Below, one piece after another: positions 26,688 through 26,791 of a stretch of DNA of 26,791 nt. How positions within the stretch are numbered: the first letter of the stretch is position 1; the number at the start of each line of letters is the position of its first letter. The translations under genes were made by a program, and so were the position numbers. This DNA is from an uncultured virus (IMG/VR IMGVR_UViG_3300035130_000204) (taxonomy: Duplodnaviria > Heunggongvirae > Uroviricota > Caudoviricetes): the IMG/VR virus record IMGVR_UViG_3300035130_000204; one strand, given 5' to 3'. The notes beneath the pieces were generated by a model. It was not told the DNA's origin. It made no database searches and worked only from the letters and a program-made list of their open reading frames with translations.

Positions 26688-26791
26688 GCTTCAAGCTACC
26701 TGTCAACTGCTCTGACGACGAGGTGCACGAGGTCCAGCTGCTTGATGACGGCACCATGGTGGTTGACGACGATCACGACCTGGAACTCGAG
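26684..26791 (+). CDS. C-H-H-C-tag protein 5 (3'-truncated by window edge; absent from ORF track)
   Basis: GAGGAGGAG RBS and GTGA overlap. Hand translation gives MSFKLPVNCSDDEVHEVQLLDDGTMVVDDDHDLELE, matching the tag. Confidence 0.8.
   Translation, partial: MSFKLPVNCSDDEVHEVQLLDDGTMVVDDDHDLELE

Overview
A densely packed, entirely + strand block of about 34 genes (roughly 60% GC, frequent ATGA/GTGA/TGATG overlaps, AGGAG-type ribosome-binding sites, sigma70-like promoters). It has no housekeeping genes, so it reads as part of a large bacterial virus or other mobile element, although no capsid, terminase, polymerase or integrase gene is recognisable here. There are three modules. (1) 1-5697: a glycan-modification cluster with four GT2/GT7C-like glycosyltransferases, a SAM methyltransferase and two sulfotransferases. 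(2) 5745-20086: about 20 mostly membrane-anchored orphan proteins built on a shared grammar: an N-terminal Tyr leader (MSYE/MYEY), an [LM]G-x-(N)G motif, a TM helix, a basic stretch, then Asn-Pro followed by an appended domain (AP2-like, DUF5661, basic tails). (3) 20296-26791: a MoxR-type AAA+ ATPase fused behind the same leader-TM-NP cassette, a HExxH/VWA (DUF2201-like) partner, and a tandem array of at least five genes sharing a C-H-H-C N-terminal tag with variable, lower-GC C-termini. The motif grammar and the AAA/VWA plus tagged-cargo array are the best candidates for an undescribed system. Many true starts lie downstream of the ORF-track starts. All family assignments are from motif recognition by eye, not database searches.
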